Origin: Carcharhinus longimanus
Taxonomy: Eukaryota
Direction of reading: 5' to 3'
Assembly: GCA_030264375.1 (NCBI GenBank)
Contig: JASCQW010000098.1
Coordinates: 44,728,278 to 44,792,277, forward strand
Length of the DNA stretch: 64,000 nucleotides
Position 1 is the first letter of the stretch; every line of letters starts with the position of its first letter. Under the pieces are notes generated by a model that had not been told where the DNA came from, made no database searches, and was given only the letters and a program-made list of their open reading frames with translations. Positions 38,798 through 51,593 of this stretch are shown piece by piece. The position numbers and the translations under genes are program-made.

Positions 38798-40427
38798 AAG
38801 GCTGCCACTCATTCTGAGGATGTCTGAATGTTTTCACTACTGCGCAATACCATTTCATACAGTCAGAATATGGACTGTGGTCATCAGCATATGGAAACTG
38901 ATTGACACATTACCCAGTTGTCTAGATAGTGTGGTAATTAAAAGCCTTTCAATTTAGTGTGGTAATTAAATGCTGGTTACCATCGATCCCTTTGCATTCA
39001 GAAGTTTTTACAATTACTGTGAAAGTGGTGCTATTTTACTGGTCTTCCATGAATTAGATGCTTGTAGATTGGAATGAGTGTGAGTAGTGAGTGAATTGTT
39101 ATGTGCGTATAACTGTACTATCCCTACTTCAAACTCTTTAAATTGCAGGTTACACTGAGTGATAGGAAACATTTAACTGCTGTCACATTGACTGAAGCAA
39201 AACTGGGTAAAGTCCTCGCTTCCTCCTGGCAAGTTCAATTTTTGGTGTTAGCATTTGTAATCCTCCATCCATGAAGAGGAAAGAGGGTATCTTTCCTTTC
39301 CTATACTTCTTACAACAATTGTTCAGTTGTCTCATCAAAGTAAGATTCCCCGATACAACCAGCCTTCTTTACTGGCATATTGATGAATTGCAAACTTTTC
39401 TTTGCTATTCTAAAATAGTGCTGCTTTAAAACTGTCTGGTGGCAAATATCAGTTTTTAGAGCACCTGGCTGCTAATTGTAAGTTTCACGTGTCATTTAGG
39501 GTTAGTTTGCATTGTTCATGTCACCAACACTTATGGTACCCCTGGAAGAGCCAATCATTTCAAACAGCCAGAGGGCTTTAGCTGCAGCACTGCTGCAATT
39601 TCCTGTGCCTGACCCAAGCAAGTGACCTTAGTACCCACCCACAGAATGCTTAAGATATCGTCAAGTAGAAATCAGAACAAGGATGTGGTTAAGTGTGTTG
39701 CTATTCCAGTGCACAGTCCACAAATAGGCAGGGAGTTTTGATTTGTGCAATATTGTAAAACAGGTGATGGCTAATCTGCAGCCCAGTTCCCATTCCTAGC
39801 AATGTTTAATTTCTTGACTACGATAGATTTGTTCTCTATCACTTGTTTATACCATAACACAATCCGCTCCCTGGTCCTCAAATCCATGGGCCTCGGAAAA
39901 TCAGCCCTTGCAAGTTAAATGCAAGTTGCTGTCACCTTGGAATAGATCATTAGTGATTGCCACAGTTCCATGATTGCACCCTCATCCTAACTCTTCCTGT
40001 AGTAGGAAACAATTTTAGAATTACAATTTGTTAAAATATATGTTTGCAGAATATTCAGGTATTAGCGTTACTGAATTAAAGCCGCTATCTTTGTTAACTA
40101 TTGACTGATCTAATGGTATAAAAAATATACTGATTACAGACCACGAATAAATATTTGCAAGAGATTATTGACCAGAATATACTTTGAGTAAGTATGTTCA
40201 ATTTTAGTTAACATGCAATACCTTGCAAAAAAGCGTAGTAAGATTAGTCTCACATATAAAAGGAATGGGTTACGAAGAAAAATTAAGAAGGTTTAGGCAT
40301 TACCGTCAGAAGATTGTTCAGAGGAGGCGTCATCAAAAAATATCTAAAATATTAATTGGAATTCAGCTCCTATGTTGTAATTCATGACCACAAGTTTCTC
40401 GTTCATTATGTAATGTACTTCTTTGGG

Positions 40428-40551
40428 TGGGATTTTATGGCCTCACTCATCCCAAAACTGTAAAATCCTGCCCGAGGTCAAGGGACCTTTCTGTGGTCCG
40501 CCACTCGCCTGCTCTGATTCCCATGGCAGGTGGGGCAGTAAAATTCTGGCC
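40428..40551. mobile_element. Short MITE-like repeat
   Basis: gggtgggattttat...gtaaaattctggcc. Same family as 9762 and 60048. Confidence 0.65.
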
Positions 40552-40794
40552 TTTGTTCCTGGCCCTCTTATTTTCGGTGTCTGGTGTTTAGATTTTCTGC
40601 TCATATTTTAGTCTTCCTATATCCTGCTTTTTTTCCTTTGGTCATCTACATAGTTCTCAGGTACTTTTTCTCTCCCTAATTCACACTCAGCAATCTTAAG
40701 TACATTTATATAACCTTGCTGTGGTCCGATTGGAGTTGCTAAAGTGATAATCATTCCTAGTAATTGGAATTTTTTTTTGGCAATTAAAATTTTA

Positions 40795-41060
40795 TTTATT
40801 AGTATCACAAATAGGCTTACATTGACACAACAATGAAAACCCCGTAGTCACCACACTCCGGCACCTGAGTGTACCTGAGGTACACTGAGGGAGAACTTGG
40901 CATGACCAATGCAGCTCATCAGCACATCTTTTGGATTGTGGGAGGAAACTGGAGCACCCAGAGGAAACCCTTGCAGAACATGCAAACTCAGCACAGACAG
41001 TGACTCAAGCCAGGAATCGAACCCGCTGTGAGGCAGCAATACCAACCACTGTACCACCCT
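40795..41060 (-). mobile_element. V-SINE (alternative-tail subfamily)
   Basis: Reverse complement of the 36040 element. Confidence 0.85.
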
Positions 41061-41214
41061 TCTCAGACAATTTCACAAGTGTACCTTACCTGAACCTCAT
41101 TCATTAGTCTTCTTGCAGTTTATCACCAACTAAGTCAATCATGAAGCATTCATTATGTTCTTTTTTTGATTGAATTGTTTTGAGGCATGTTGTACATTAC
41201 TTAGATGAAATAAA

Positions 41215-43112
41215 GACTAAAAAGAAATCAAGGACACCACATCATACAGTTGAATGAATACTTAACATCTGTCTTCACCCAAGAGAATGAGGACGGTGGC
41301 ATAGAATTCAGGGAGAGGGACTGTGACATTCTTGAGCAAATTGACAAAGGGAAGGATAAGGTATTGAACATGTTGGCAGCCTTAAAAGCAGATAAATCTC
41401 CAGGCCTAGAGAATTGTGCCCTAGGCTGCTGTGGGAGGCAAGGGAGGAGACTGCAGGGGCTCTGCCCCAAATTTTCAATTCCTCTCTGGCTACATGGTAA
41501 GGCGACTAGAGAACAGCTAATATGGTTCCATTATTTAAGAAGGGTTGTAGAGACAAAGCAGGGAACTAAAGACCAGTGAGTTTCATGTTAGTAGTTGAGA
41601 AACTATTAGAGAAACTTCTAAAGGGAAGAGCATCTATCTCCACTTGCAGAGGCAAAGCTTGATCAGGGATAGTTAGTATGTCTTCATCAGAGAAAGGTCA
41701 TGCTTAAAAAATTTGAATGAATTTTTTGAGGAGGTGACTCAGTGTGTAGACGAGGGTGGTGCAGTTGATGTAGTTTATATGGATTTCAGCAAAGCCTTTG
41801 ACAAGATCCACATGGGAGACTTGTAAAGAAGGTAAGTTCACATGGAATACAGGGTAATTTGATAAAGTGAATTCAAAATTGGCTCAGTTGTAGGAGACNN
41901 NNNNNNNNNNNNNNNNNNNNNNNNNNNNNNNNNNNNNNNNNNNNNNNNNNNNNNNNNNNNNNNNNNNNNNNNNNNNNNNNNNNNNNNNNNNNNNNNNNAA
42001 GAAGGTAAGTTCACATGTAATACAGGGTAATTTGATAAAGTGAATTCAAAATTGGCTCAGTTGTAGGAGACAGAGAGTGATGACAGAAGGCTGCTTTATG
42101 AGTGGAAGCCAGTGTCCAGAGGCATACCACAGGGATCTGTGTTGGACTCCCTATTATTTGTCATTTATATAAATGATATTGATGACTATGTGGGTGGTAG
42201 GAATGGTAAGTTTGCAGGTGTCACAAAGATTGGACAGGTGGTTAAGAATGAAGTGGAATGTCTTGGGCTACAATAAAATATAGATGGAATAGTCAAAAGG
42301 GCAGATAAGTGGCAGATGGAATTTAACCCAGGAAAGTGTGAGGTGATACATTTTGGAAGGAGTAATTTTATCAGAAAGTACTCAGTGAATACTAGGACAC
42401 TCGGAAGTTCTGTGGAACAAAGGAACCTTGGAGTGTTTGTCCACAAATCTCTGAAAGTGGAAGGGCATGTTAATAGGGTCGTGAAACAGGCGAATGGGAC
42501 ACTTGCCTTTATCAACCAAGGCATAGATTGCAAAAGCAGGGAAGTCATGTTGGAGTTGCATAGAACTTTGTTGAGACTACAGCTAGAATACTGCGTGCAG
42601 ATCTGGTTACCACATTATCAGAAGGATGTGATTGCACTGGAGGAGGTGCAGAGGAGATTCACCAGGATGCTGCCTGGGATGGAACATTTAAGTGATGAAG
42701 AGAGGTTGGGTAGGCTTGGGTTGTTTTCATTGGAGCAAAGAAAACTGAGAGGCGACCTGATCGAGGTGTATAAGATTATGAGAGACATGGACAGAGTGGA
42801 TAGGGAGCAGCTGTTTCCCCTTAGTTAAGGGGACAGTCACGAGGGGACATAGGTTCAAGGTGATGGACAGGACGTTTAGGGGGAATGTGAGGAAAATGTT
42901 TTTTACCCAGAGATGATGGTGACAGTCCAGAATGCGCTGCCTGGGAGGATGGTAGAGGCAGGTTGAGCACTTGGCACATCATTACATTCAGGGCTATGGG
43001 CCAAGTGCTGACAGATGGGATTAGATGGGAGTTCATGTGTTTCTAATGTGACAGTGATAACTCGATGACCGAAGGGCCTGTTCTGCACTGTAAGATTCTA
43101 TGATGCTATGAT
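41215..43112 (+). mobile_element. 5'-truncated CR1 LINE, ~1.8 kb, with stops and frameshifts
   Basis: NEYLTSVFTQE, DVVYMDFSKAFDK, MEFNPGKCEVIHFGR and LRGDLIEVYKIM motifs. Tail gattctatgatgctatga. Confidence 0.92.
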
Positions 43113-44219
43113 AATCTGCTATTGCGATGCAATTGAAGAGAAACTTTAGCCAAAGTGAAAGTTAACTCTTGGCAAAAATGTTCAATAATGCAGCTTTTGT
43201 GGAAACTGTTTAGGAACATGACTCTTTCTAAATTAACACAATCTGATAAATATACTATGGTAGTCAAACTGATTTAATATATATCCTGACCAGCAAACAG
43301 GAAGATGAATCAAGCTAATCCTGGCTTGTATGTTAATCATTGAATTGTGGGATATGAGGAAACAATGAACTCAGGGAAACACAAGATACCAATCGATACT
43401 CATGGTTGAACAGATTATGGATTCAAAAATCTGCGAGATGTGATCTCTACGATTACCACTGGGGTCATGCACACTTAAGACAGTATAATAATGGGGAACA
43501 AGTGGGGGCATACGTGATTTGCATAGGTCAGCCAAGCTGAAGCATCAGTGCTGACATCTTTGCAACAAACTGCCCTTAGAACCCAGAACATCTGGTGCCT
43601 GTTTGCTATTGTGGAGGGATGAGGGCTGTATGTGTTGGGGATTGCTCAGGACATTCCAGTGCACAAACAGATCTCCTTTGACCATCTCTGTAAGGGGTCC
43701 CATCAGGAATTTTTCAATTTAAAATCTCAAAGATCCAGACCACTTGCCTATTCCACTTCTGTCCTTGTAGAGACTGGTGTGCCTTCTCTCACTCAGTATC
43801 ACAGCATCCCAAGTTAGCCAGAAAAACAGAAAGGCTCCGCATGCCGATCCACCCCCACCTCTCCCACTTTGTGGCAAATTGGTGCAATCATGTCCCAACT
43901 ATTTTGCAGCAGATTCCACCATTCCCCCAGCAGAATCTCAGATGGAGTCCAAGCATAGCCTCCAAAGATCCTTGGGTCTATTGCTGCAAGTTAAGACAGG
44001 ACAGTGGAAAAATATGGACCAGGATTTTATGGCCCCTCCCGCTCAGCACAATATTATGTTCTTGCTAAAGTGAACAGCAATTTCAATTGCTCACCACATC
44101 CACCAGGGGGAGACACGCCATCGCAACAGCATAAACTCCTGATCATGGCATTGGTTAAAAGATCATTTGAATGCTTACCTGGCAGGGATGAAACTAAGAT
44201 CATGCACGTGGTTCGCCCA

Positions 44220-44520
44220 GGCTGGAGTAGAGACAATGATGAAGTAGATTGACCTCCTAGCTGGGGTACAGTCAGTGATGAGGTAGGTTGACCAACTGGC
44301 TGGGGAAGAGTCAATGATGAAGTGGGTTGACCTCCCTGGCTGGGGTAGAGTCAATGATGAGGTGGGTTGACCTCCCTGGCTTGGGTAAAGTCAATGATCA
44401 GGTAGGTTAACCTCCCTGGCCTGGGTGCAGTCAATGATGAGGTGGGTTGACCTCCCTGGCTGGGATACAGTCAATGATGAGATGGGTTGACCTCTCTGGT
44501 TGGGTACAGTCAGTGATCAG
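44220..44520. repeat. 40-bp minisatellite, about 7.5 copies
   Basis: Unit gtcaatgatgaggtgggttgacctccctggctggggtaga recurs at 44310, 44350, 44390, 44430, 44470 and 44510. Confidence 0.92.
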
Positions 44521-44764
44521 AGTAGCCAGAGAGGAGGTTTAACAGAAGTGTCACCTGATGCAATTTTTCAAAGCCATCTCAGCCTTTTGGCTAAGTTGAA
44601 GCATCAGATCAAACTCAAGATGAGATGTAATGCCTCATCTTGTTTTGTCTCTCTTGTGGGGGACCATGAATTGGATTCAATTTGAATTTGATTTTTTGGA
44701 TGGAATAAACATTTAGAAGAATTGTCAACATTATTCAAAGATGATATGCTGGCAGCAATGTATT

Positions 44765-45485
44765 TTTAATTCTTTCAGGGATGTGGTTTTGCTGACCAAT
44801 TCAGTATTTATTGTCTATCCCTAATTGCCGTGAAGAAGCTAGTGATAAGCTGCCTTCTTGAACTGCTGCAAAGTAGCTGGGGCATGGTTGCATCCACAGT
44901 GCTATTAGAGAGGGATTTTCAGTATTTTGATCCAGCAACAGTGAAGGAACAGCAATTTATTTCCAAGTAAGAATGATGTGGTGCTTGGAAGGGAACATCT
45001 AGGTTGTGATGGTTCCATGCATCTGCTAGGTGGTAGAGGTCACAGGTCTGGAAGTTGTTGTCATGAGAACATATGAATTAGGAGCTGGAATAAGCCCCTT
45101 GGCCCCACTCCACCATTCAATAAAATTATGGCTGACCTGTTTGTCAGCTCACCTTCACACTCCTGCCAACCCCCATAACCTTTCACCCTCCTTGCTCATC
45201 AAAAACCCATCTACTTCTGCCTTAAAAATATTCAGAGACTGCTGCCACTATCTTTCAAGGAAGAGAGTTCCAAAGACTCACAGCTCTTGGGGTGAAAAAA
45301 ATTCTCCTCATTTCTATGGTAAATGGGTGACCTCTTATTCCTAAAAGATGAACCCTTATTCTACAATCTCCCACAAGAGGAAACAGCTACACTGTCAAGA
45401 CCTCTCAGGATCTTTTATGTTTCAACTAAGTCACCTCTTCTAAAGTGCGGTGAATACAAGCCTAGCCTGTCCAGCCTTTTCTCAT
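44765..45485 (-). mobile_element. LINE 3' end (44765-45060) abutting a CR1 3' end (45065-45485)
   Basis: First part is the reverse complement of the 26270-26560 tail. Second part has gaacatatgaattaggagc..., a CR1 tail. Confidence 0.7.
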
Positions 45486-46519
45486 CTGGTTAAATTGTTA
45501 AAGTGCTCCCTTTTGTCACCAAATGCTGCAACTCATACTTAATATTCATTGCTTCAGCTCACCTCACACAATTGGCACTCAAACCTGCATCTCGCAGCGA
45601 GCAAACACTGCAGATATTCAACCGTGACAGACATGTCATCCAAACACATTGCTCTCATTGATGTACTTGCTGGAAATAGCAGCACATAACCAGATATAGC
45701 AGCACCTAGCCAGGCACAGCCGCATAACCTCACCCCAGTGCAGAAGATGGCCCTCAGCATTCTTTGTGTGACCATGAGTGAGGCAGTGACCAGCAGCAGG
45801 GCAGAAAGGATTGAAGATTATTGTACACTCAGACCTAATCCTCTCTTACCTCTTCCTGCACTATTTTATTTGACTCTCAAGTTGGCATGCTGCAAGCATG
45901 CACTTCTCACTTCACACCTTCCCCTCACTGCAATCCTATCCTCGTACATTTCTCCTTTCAGATACCCCAGGACTGCCGTTTAGCCCTCACAGGGCTGAAG
46001 GGGCCTGATGTCACTGATCTCACACTCATACCCACCATCGTAACACTGACCCTGATACTTTACAGGGTAACTTAGAGATGGGACCTGAATGTGGTGAGAA
46101 ACTGCAGATGTGGCTTGAAGCTAAGGAAGGAAATGAGGATCGTACAGGTGCCAGCACACTGGGTGGTGAAGTATCAGACGTGTTCTGCTGCATTGGACAC
46201 CATTGTGGCATACAAGAGAATGCAGGTAGTGTACAAAATGAAATGGCTGGTGTAATGGCAGGTCATGAAAGCATGTTGCTATCAGGGAGCATGGAAAAGT
46301 CCAGAACCAACTTAGCACAGAATTTCACACAGTTTGGAACTCATCCTTTTCACTGGGAAAGTAGTAGTGAATTCAGTAAAAGATAGAGTTTCTGGTGGCT
46401 GGTATCTCAGCTTTCATTGGAGCACAAACTGAAACCATCCAATGTTTAAGTGCTGCAGTGGAATCTCTGACTGGAACATTGCAAGCTCAGCTTCCTGCAG
46501 TGCAAGCACTGCTTCAGGC

Positions 46520-47090
46520 AGTGAAGTTGTAGTAATTGCATTGGACTAGTTATCCAAAGGCCCAGGCTAATGCTCTGGGGAAAGGGGTTGAATTCCCACT
46601 GTAACATCTGGACAATTTATATCCAATTCATAAAAACCTGGAATTAAAAGCTAGTCTTGCTAATAGTGACTATGAAACCATTGTCATTTGTTGTTGTGGC
46701 TCATTTCCTCTTAGGGAAGTAAATCTGCTATCCTTCCCTGGCCTAGCATACAGTGATCTATAACAACGTGGCTGACTTTTAACTGCTCTCTGAAATGACC
46801 TAGAAAACCATTCCGCTGTATCAATGCCCAAGACACCACCATCACCGAGATGCCTACATATGATCTGGATTCCATGCAGTCGCATGTCAACAGATTAAAC
46901 ATGGGCAAGGAAACCAGCTAATAATTACCATCCACTAAAGGACATAGCTATTTGACTGGTTCTGTGGCAGGTGGGAGGGAACCATCAAGACAGGAAAACT
47001 TACTTGACCTCATCTGCACCAATCTACCTACTCCGATGCAACCCATGATAGTATGGGTAGAAGAGACCATCACACAATACTTGTGGAACA
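46520..47090 (+). mobile_element. tRNA-derived SINE (46520-46810) and LINE endonuclease fragment (46960-47090)
   Basis: Similar to the 33462 element. EPSRQENLLDLICTNLP motif. Confidence 0.65.
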
Positions 47091-47599
47091 AGACTAGCAG
47101 CAGGATGGGCATTAATTGCTCACCTATAAGTCTAAATTTGCATCTGTATGGAAAAGCCATCTGTGAGCATTCCTGACCCGGAGTTAATTGGGCAGACGTG
47201 GTGTTTTGTGTTCACAGACAGCAATGCTTCTCAGTCTATCTCAATGAAAGATCTTTATTGAATTGATCTCAAAGATGGCAGCGTACAGAGATTGCCTCAT
47301 GGTAGAGGCCACGTGACAATGGCAATCCAGATACAACATGAAATACTGTTACATTTCAAAATCCCAAGTGGAAAGACAATGTTCCCACTCAATGATATGG
47401 ATTCATCTCATTCTCATAATAATGCAGTTTCATAGTTTCAGACAGTACATATGAAGCAAGCACATTATTGATGAAAGTGGAAAATTGTAACATTGACAAA
47501 AATTAAAAATATGCAGGCAAAGGTAATTTTCAGAACAGAGAATCAATATTCTTGCTGTCTTAGGAAAAGGAAATCCTCAAAAACATTCCTCCCTCTTTT

Positions 47600-48445
47600 T
47601 TGTTTATTCATTCATAAGAGATGGGCATCGCTGGGTAGCCAGCATTTATTGTCCATCCCTAGTTGCTTGTGAACTGAGTGGCTTGCTCAGAGGGTAGTTT
47701 CAGAGGGCAGTTGAGAGTCAGCCACATTACTGTGGCCCTGGAATCACATGTAGGCCAGACTGGGTAAGGACTGCAGATTTCCTTCCCTAAAGGACATTAG
47801 TCAACTAGATGGGTTTTCCGACAATCAACAATGGTTTCAATGTCATCAATAGATTCTTAATTCCAGATATTTTTTAAAAATTGAATTCAAATTCCATCAT
47901 CTGCCGGGGCGGGATTACAACCTGGGTCCCCAGAACTTCAGCTGAGTTTCTGGATTAATAGCCTAGCGATAGTACCACAAGGCCATCACACCCCCCCGCC
48001 TCTTGATGGTCTTTGCCAAAGGTGAAAGAAAGTGACGAAGAAGCAATAGGCTAACCAAAGCGACAAGAAACCCATTGTGCAAGGACAAATCTACAGGGAA
48101 TTGACAAAACAGTCCAGTTTTGTGTTATTCATTCATGAGATGTGGGTCTCATTGGCTAGGCCAGCATTTATTGCCTGCTCTAATTATCCTTGAACTGAGT
48201 GGCTTGCTGGGCTATTTCAGAAGTCATTTAAGAGACATTGCTGTGGTTCTGGAGTCACATGTAAGCCAGACCAGGTAAGGGTGACCAATTTCCTTCCTGA
48301 AGGACATTAGTGAATCAGATGGTTTTTTATGTTAATCAACAATGGTTTCATGGCTAGCAATAAACTTTTAACTTTTTTATTGAATTCAAGTGTAACTGTT
48401 TGAGTTCCCAGAACATTATCCTGGATCTCTGGAGCACTAGTCCAG
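47600..48445 (-). mobile_element. Two copies of the tRNA-derived SINE (47600-47990, 48125-48445)
   Basis: ttattcattcat.agatg.ggg...gccagcatttattg...ggagtcacatgta.gccagac, the reverse complement of the 33462 family. Confidence 0.8.
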
Positions 48446-49547
48446 TGCTCCAGACTGGACTAGTGCTCCACTTCTCCACTGCCTCCCCTCTGACCTTTTG
48501 TTTGATGGCTGTGTAAACTGGCATGCTGTTGCATGAGCTGGTTGATCATAGAATGGCCTGTTTTGCCACGTCATCCCCAGGACAGCATTGCTGCATTTCT
48601 AAAATAAGATGCCCTTGAGGCAGCCCTGCATCAGTCTCTCCAATGATCTGGATCCTGTGAACATAATTCCCTACAACCATTGCCAACCCGCATGCATCAG
48701 TCCCTGCAGATACAGTTGGTGGCATCCTGGCATGAAAACCCACCCAACCTATGTGCTGTTGACCACCTTGGCATTCTTCTTGTGCAGTACCATTGCAAGT
48801 GTGACAGATTGTGATTGGAATCCATCTAAATTATCATCCAGCAGTGAGCTATTCACAAACTGTATTTGTGCCGCTTGAATTGGAGCCTTTATATGCACCA
48901 ATCCTCCTCCGAAACTAGGTTTGTGAATCTCTTGTGAGAGTAGGTCACAACTCCATTCAGCCTCTCCTGTCTGGCATCTTCCCCTTCCCTCAGAAAGCTC
49001 CAAGAGGATATTCCCAGTGGGAAACCATTTACAGTAATAAAGCTGAAGGGCAGAAAAGAAAGCAAAGAATTGCCGCAAAACCTTAGTGACAGTAGAAAAA
49101 AATAAGAACAAATGGACACTTCCAACTACCAGAAGTGATGCAAACAGTGGACAGATTTCTAGCATAATGGATCTCTTCACACCCTTCTTGTTGCTTCATT
49201 GAGTTAACAAGTTAGGTGAACTACAGCAGAGAATTCATGCTGATTAATCATGGTTCATTTCTAAGGTGATGTTAATAGACCAAAAGAAATTATAGATCAG
49301 ATTGCTCCATTGCCATCCTGAGGATATTTGATTATCTGGATACAGGGATATCCAAGTGGTAATGAGCAAAATGATGGTATGGGAGCAAGCCTGGCTTTCA
49401 ATCCATTTGATACTTAAATCATCCTAAAGTTAAAAGGTCTGCATATAGGGCAGACATGTCACCATGCTGGAGATACATCCTCATTCTGCTGAAACAAAAT
49501 ATGTGTATCTGAATGGCTGAGCAGAGGGTACAACATAACATAAGTAG

Positions 49548-49645
49548 CTTTGACAAAGGGTCATGTGGACTCAAAATGTCAGCTCTTTTCTCTTCTTATA
49601 GATGCTGCCAGACCTGCTGAGATTTTCCAGCATTTTCTCTTTTGG
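49548..49645 (+). mobile_element. Penelope-like terminal fragment
   Basis: tgacaaagggtcatgtggactcaaaatgtc...gatgctgccagacctgctgagattttccagcatttt. Confidence 0.65.
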
Positions 49646-49979
49646 ATAACATAAGTAGGATTGTAACATAACATAAGTAATCCTAAACCTGAACAGGGCC
49701 TGTAGCTCTGTAGCTTCACTGTCCTCTATTCTGTCAGTAATACTATAGCCGGTAGAGTGCAACCTGACCTCCTCTTGTGCCCCCTTTTATTACACAACTA
49801 TCCTATCAACGAGCAAAATAATATGGGGGAGAAATTTGTTTGCGTACAGTTGCTTTTAGCAGTGCTACCCTGTCCCAGCGGTAGGCAAGATGGCAACTCC
49901 ATGTTGGCGTTGGCAAACTACATTGATATTATTGAAGAATGCCATGCAGACTCTGTGGGTGGCATGGCATGTCTGAGCG

Positions 49980-50275
49980 GTAGACAGAGGGGAACCAGTG
50001 GATGTGGTGTTTTTAGATTTCCAAAAGGCATTTGATAAGGTGCCTCACAAAAGGTTGCTGCAAAAGGTTAGGGTGCACGGAGTTGGGGGTAAGGTGTTAG
50101 CNNNNNNNNNNNNNNNNNNNNNNNNNNNNNNNNNNNNNNNNNNNNNNNNNNNNNNNNNNNNNNNNNNNNNNNNNNNNNNNNNNNNNNNNNNNNNNNNNNN
50201 NTCTTATTGAATGGCGGGGCAGGCTCGAAGGGCTAGATGGCCTACTCCTGCTCCTATTTCTTATGTTCTTATGAT
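49980..50275 (+). mobile_element. Young CR1 spanning an assembly gap
   Basis: DVVFLDFQKAFDKVPHKRLL before the gap, (ttcttatg) tail after it. Confidence 0.88.
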
Positions 50276-51204
50276 CCAATTAAACAACATAAATCTGAGT
50301 GGTACCATTAGAATGTGCAAATTTACTTCTTCCCCACAGGCACAAATTTTAACCTGATCAAGGCATGTGTAACCACTTACACAAGAGTTAAAATCTGGCT
50401 CTATCATCGTCTTCAGTTTTGTTAGTTAGTTACATACAGTTGCCTATTCTATCTATACTAGCTTAATGTGCAGCAAGGTTGACATACAAGGGTTTCCTGA
50501 TCTGAGTCCAATTCAATTTTCCATAATTACATTTGGAGATATCAGTTACTCTCTGGTCTTAACGCATGCTACAATATGACCATGTACGGTAAGCATTCTG
50601 CACCCTTTTAGTCTCATGACAGAACTGTACAGGATGAGCGTTAATTGATATTGAAGCTTTTTCAGCACAGTTGCTACAAGAGTTTTGAGGTTAATCACAT
50701 GGGGCAGGTTTTAGAATTGAAATGATTTCGTAACATCCATTATCAGACTTCTGAAGGCCAGTGATTTTCTTCCTCAGCTTAGTCCGCTGAGCTCTGGGCA
50801 CAGCCATCTTAAATATTCTGATTTCAAGGAAGTAAGGTGTATATTTGATATGGCCTCTGCCAAATCCCTGCCAGAAACATCAATCTGGTTTCAAACTCAA
50901 ACTCAGCAATCAACCCTGCAGTGTGTTTGAGGCTTTTAAATTGTGAAATTTGGTCCATATTCCCATTGGTGCCAGCATAAGGGCAATCCCAAACTTCAAG
51001 CGTACCAACTGAAAACTTTCAGACCACCACACTGCAGCATGTGTGGTCACCCTGAGGAGGGGGGTGGTTAGTGTGCCAGCACAGCATTGCCCTCTGCTCA
51101 CTTGAAATGCATTGAATGGATGGCTCATGACATCAGAAGGCCTCAAATCTTGATGTGATGCACTATCTGCCATTATGAATTGTTAACATTCTCACTTAAA
51201 AACT

Positions 51205-51593
51205 CCTGCACAAGAGACCACCCTGCCCACTTACCCCTGTGAAAAGGACGCCCCCTCGCTTACACACCCCTATTAAAGGGACCTTCCTCACTTACACACC
51301 CCTGTGCAAGAGAGCCCCCCTCATGTATACACCCCTGTGCATTGGACTCCCCCGTCATTTATACACGCCTGTGTAAGGGCCCTCCCTCACTTACACACCC
51401 TGGCAAAAGGGACGCCCACCTCACTTACACACCCCTGCAAAAGAGACCTCTCTCACTTACATATCCCTGTATGTTGGAACCCCCCCTCACCTGCACACCC
51501 TTATGCGAGGGATCCTCCCACTTGCACACCCCTGTGCAAGAGACTCCCCCCCTCACTTACACACCCCTGTGAAAGCGACCTCCTCATTTACAC
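51205..51593 (+). repeat. ~32-bp C-rich minisatellite
   Basis: Unit ~cacttacacacccctgtgcaagggaccccccct, about 12 degenerate copies. Confidence 0.88.

Noticed and set aside
41827-42070. ~72-bp direct duplication on both sides of an N-gap in the CR1
   Set aside because: Near-identical sequence flanking a gap is a typical unmerged contig overlap or haplotype artefact.
44220-44520. Regularly spaced repeats resembling a CRISPR array
   Set aside because: Head-to-tail units without unique spacers, no cas genes, eukaryotic intron.
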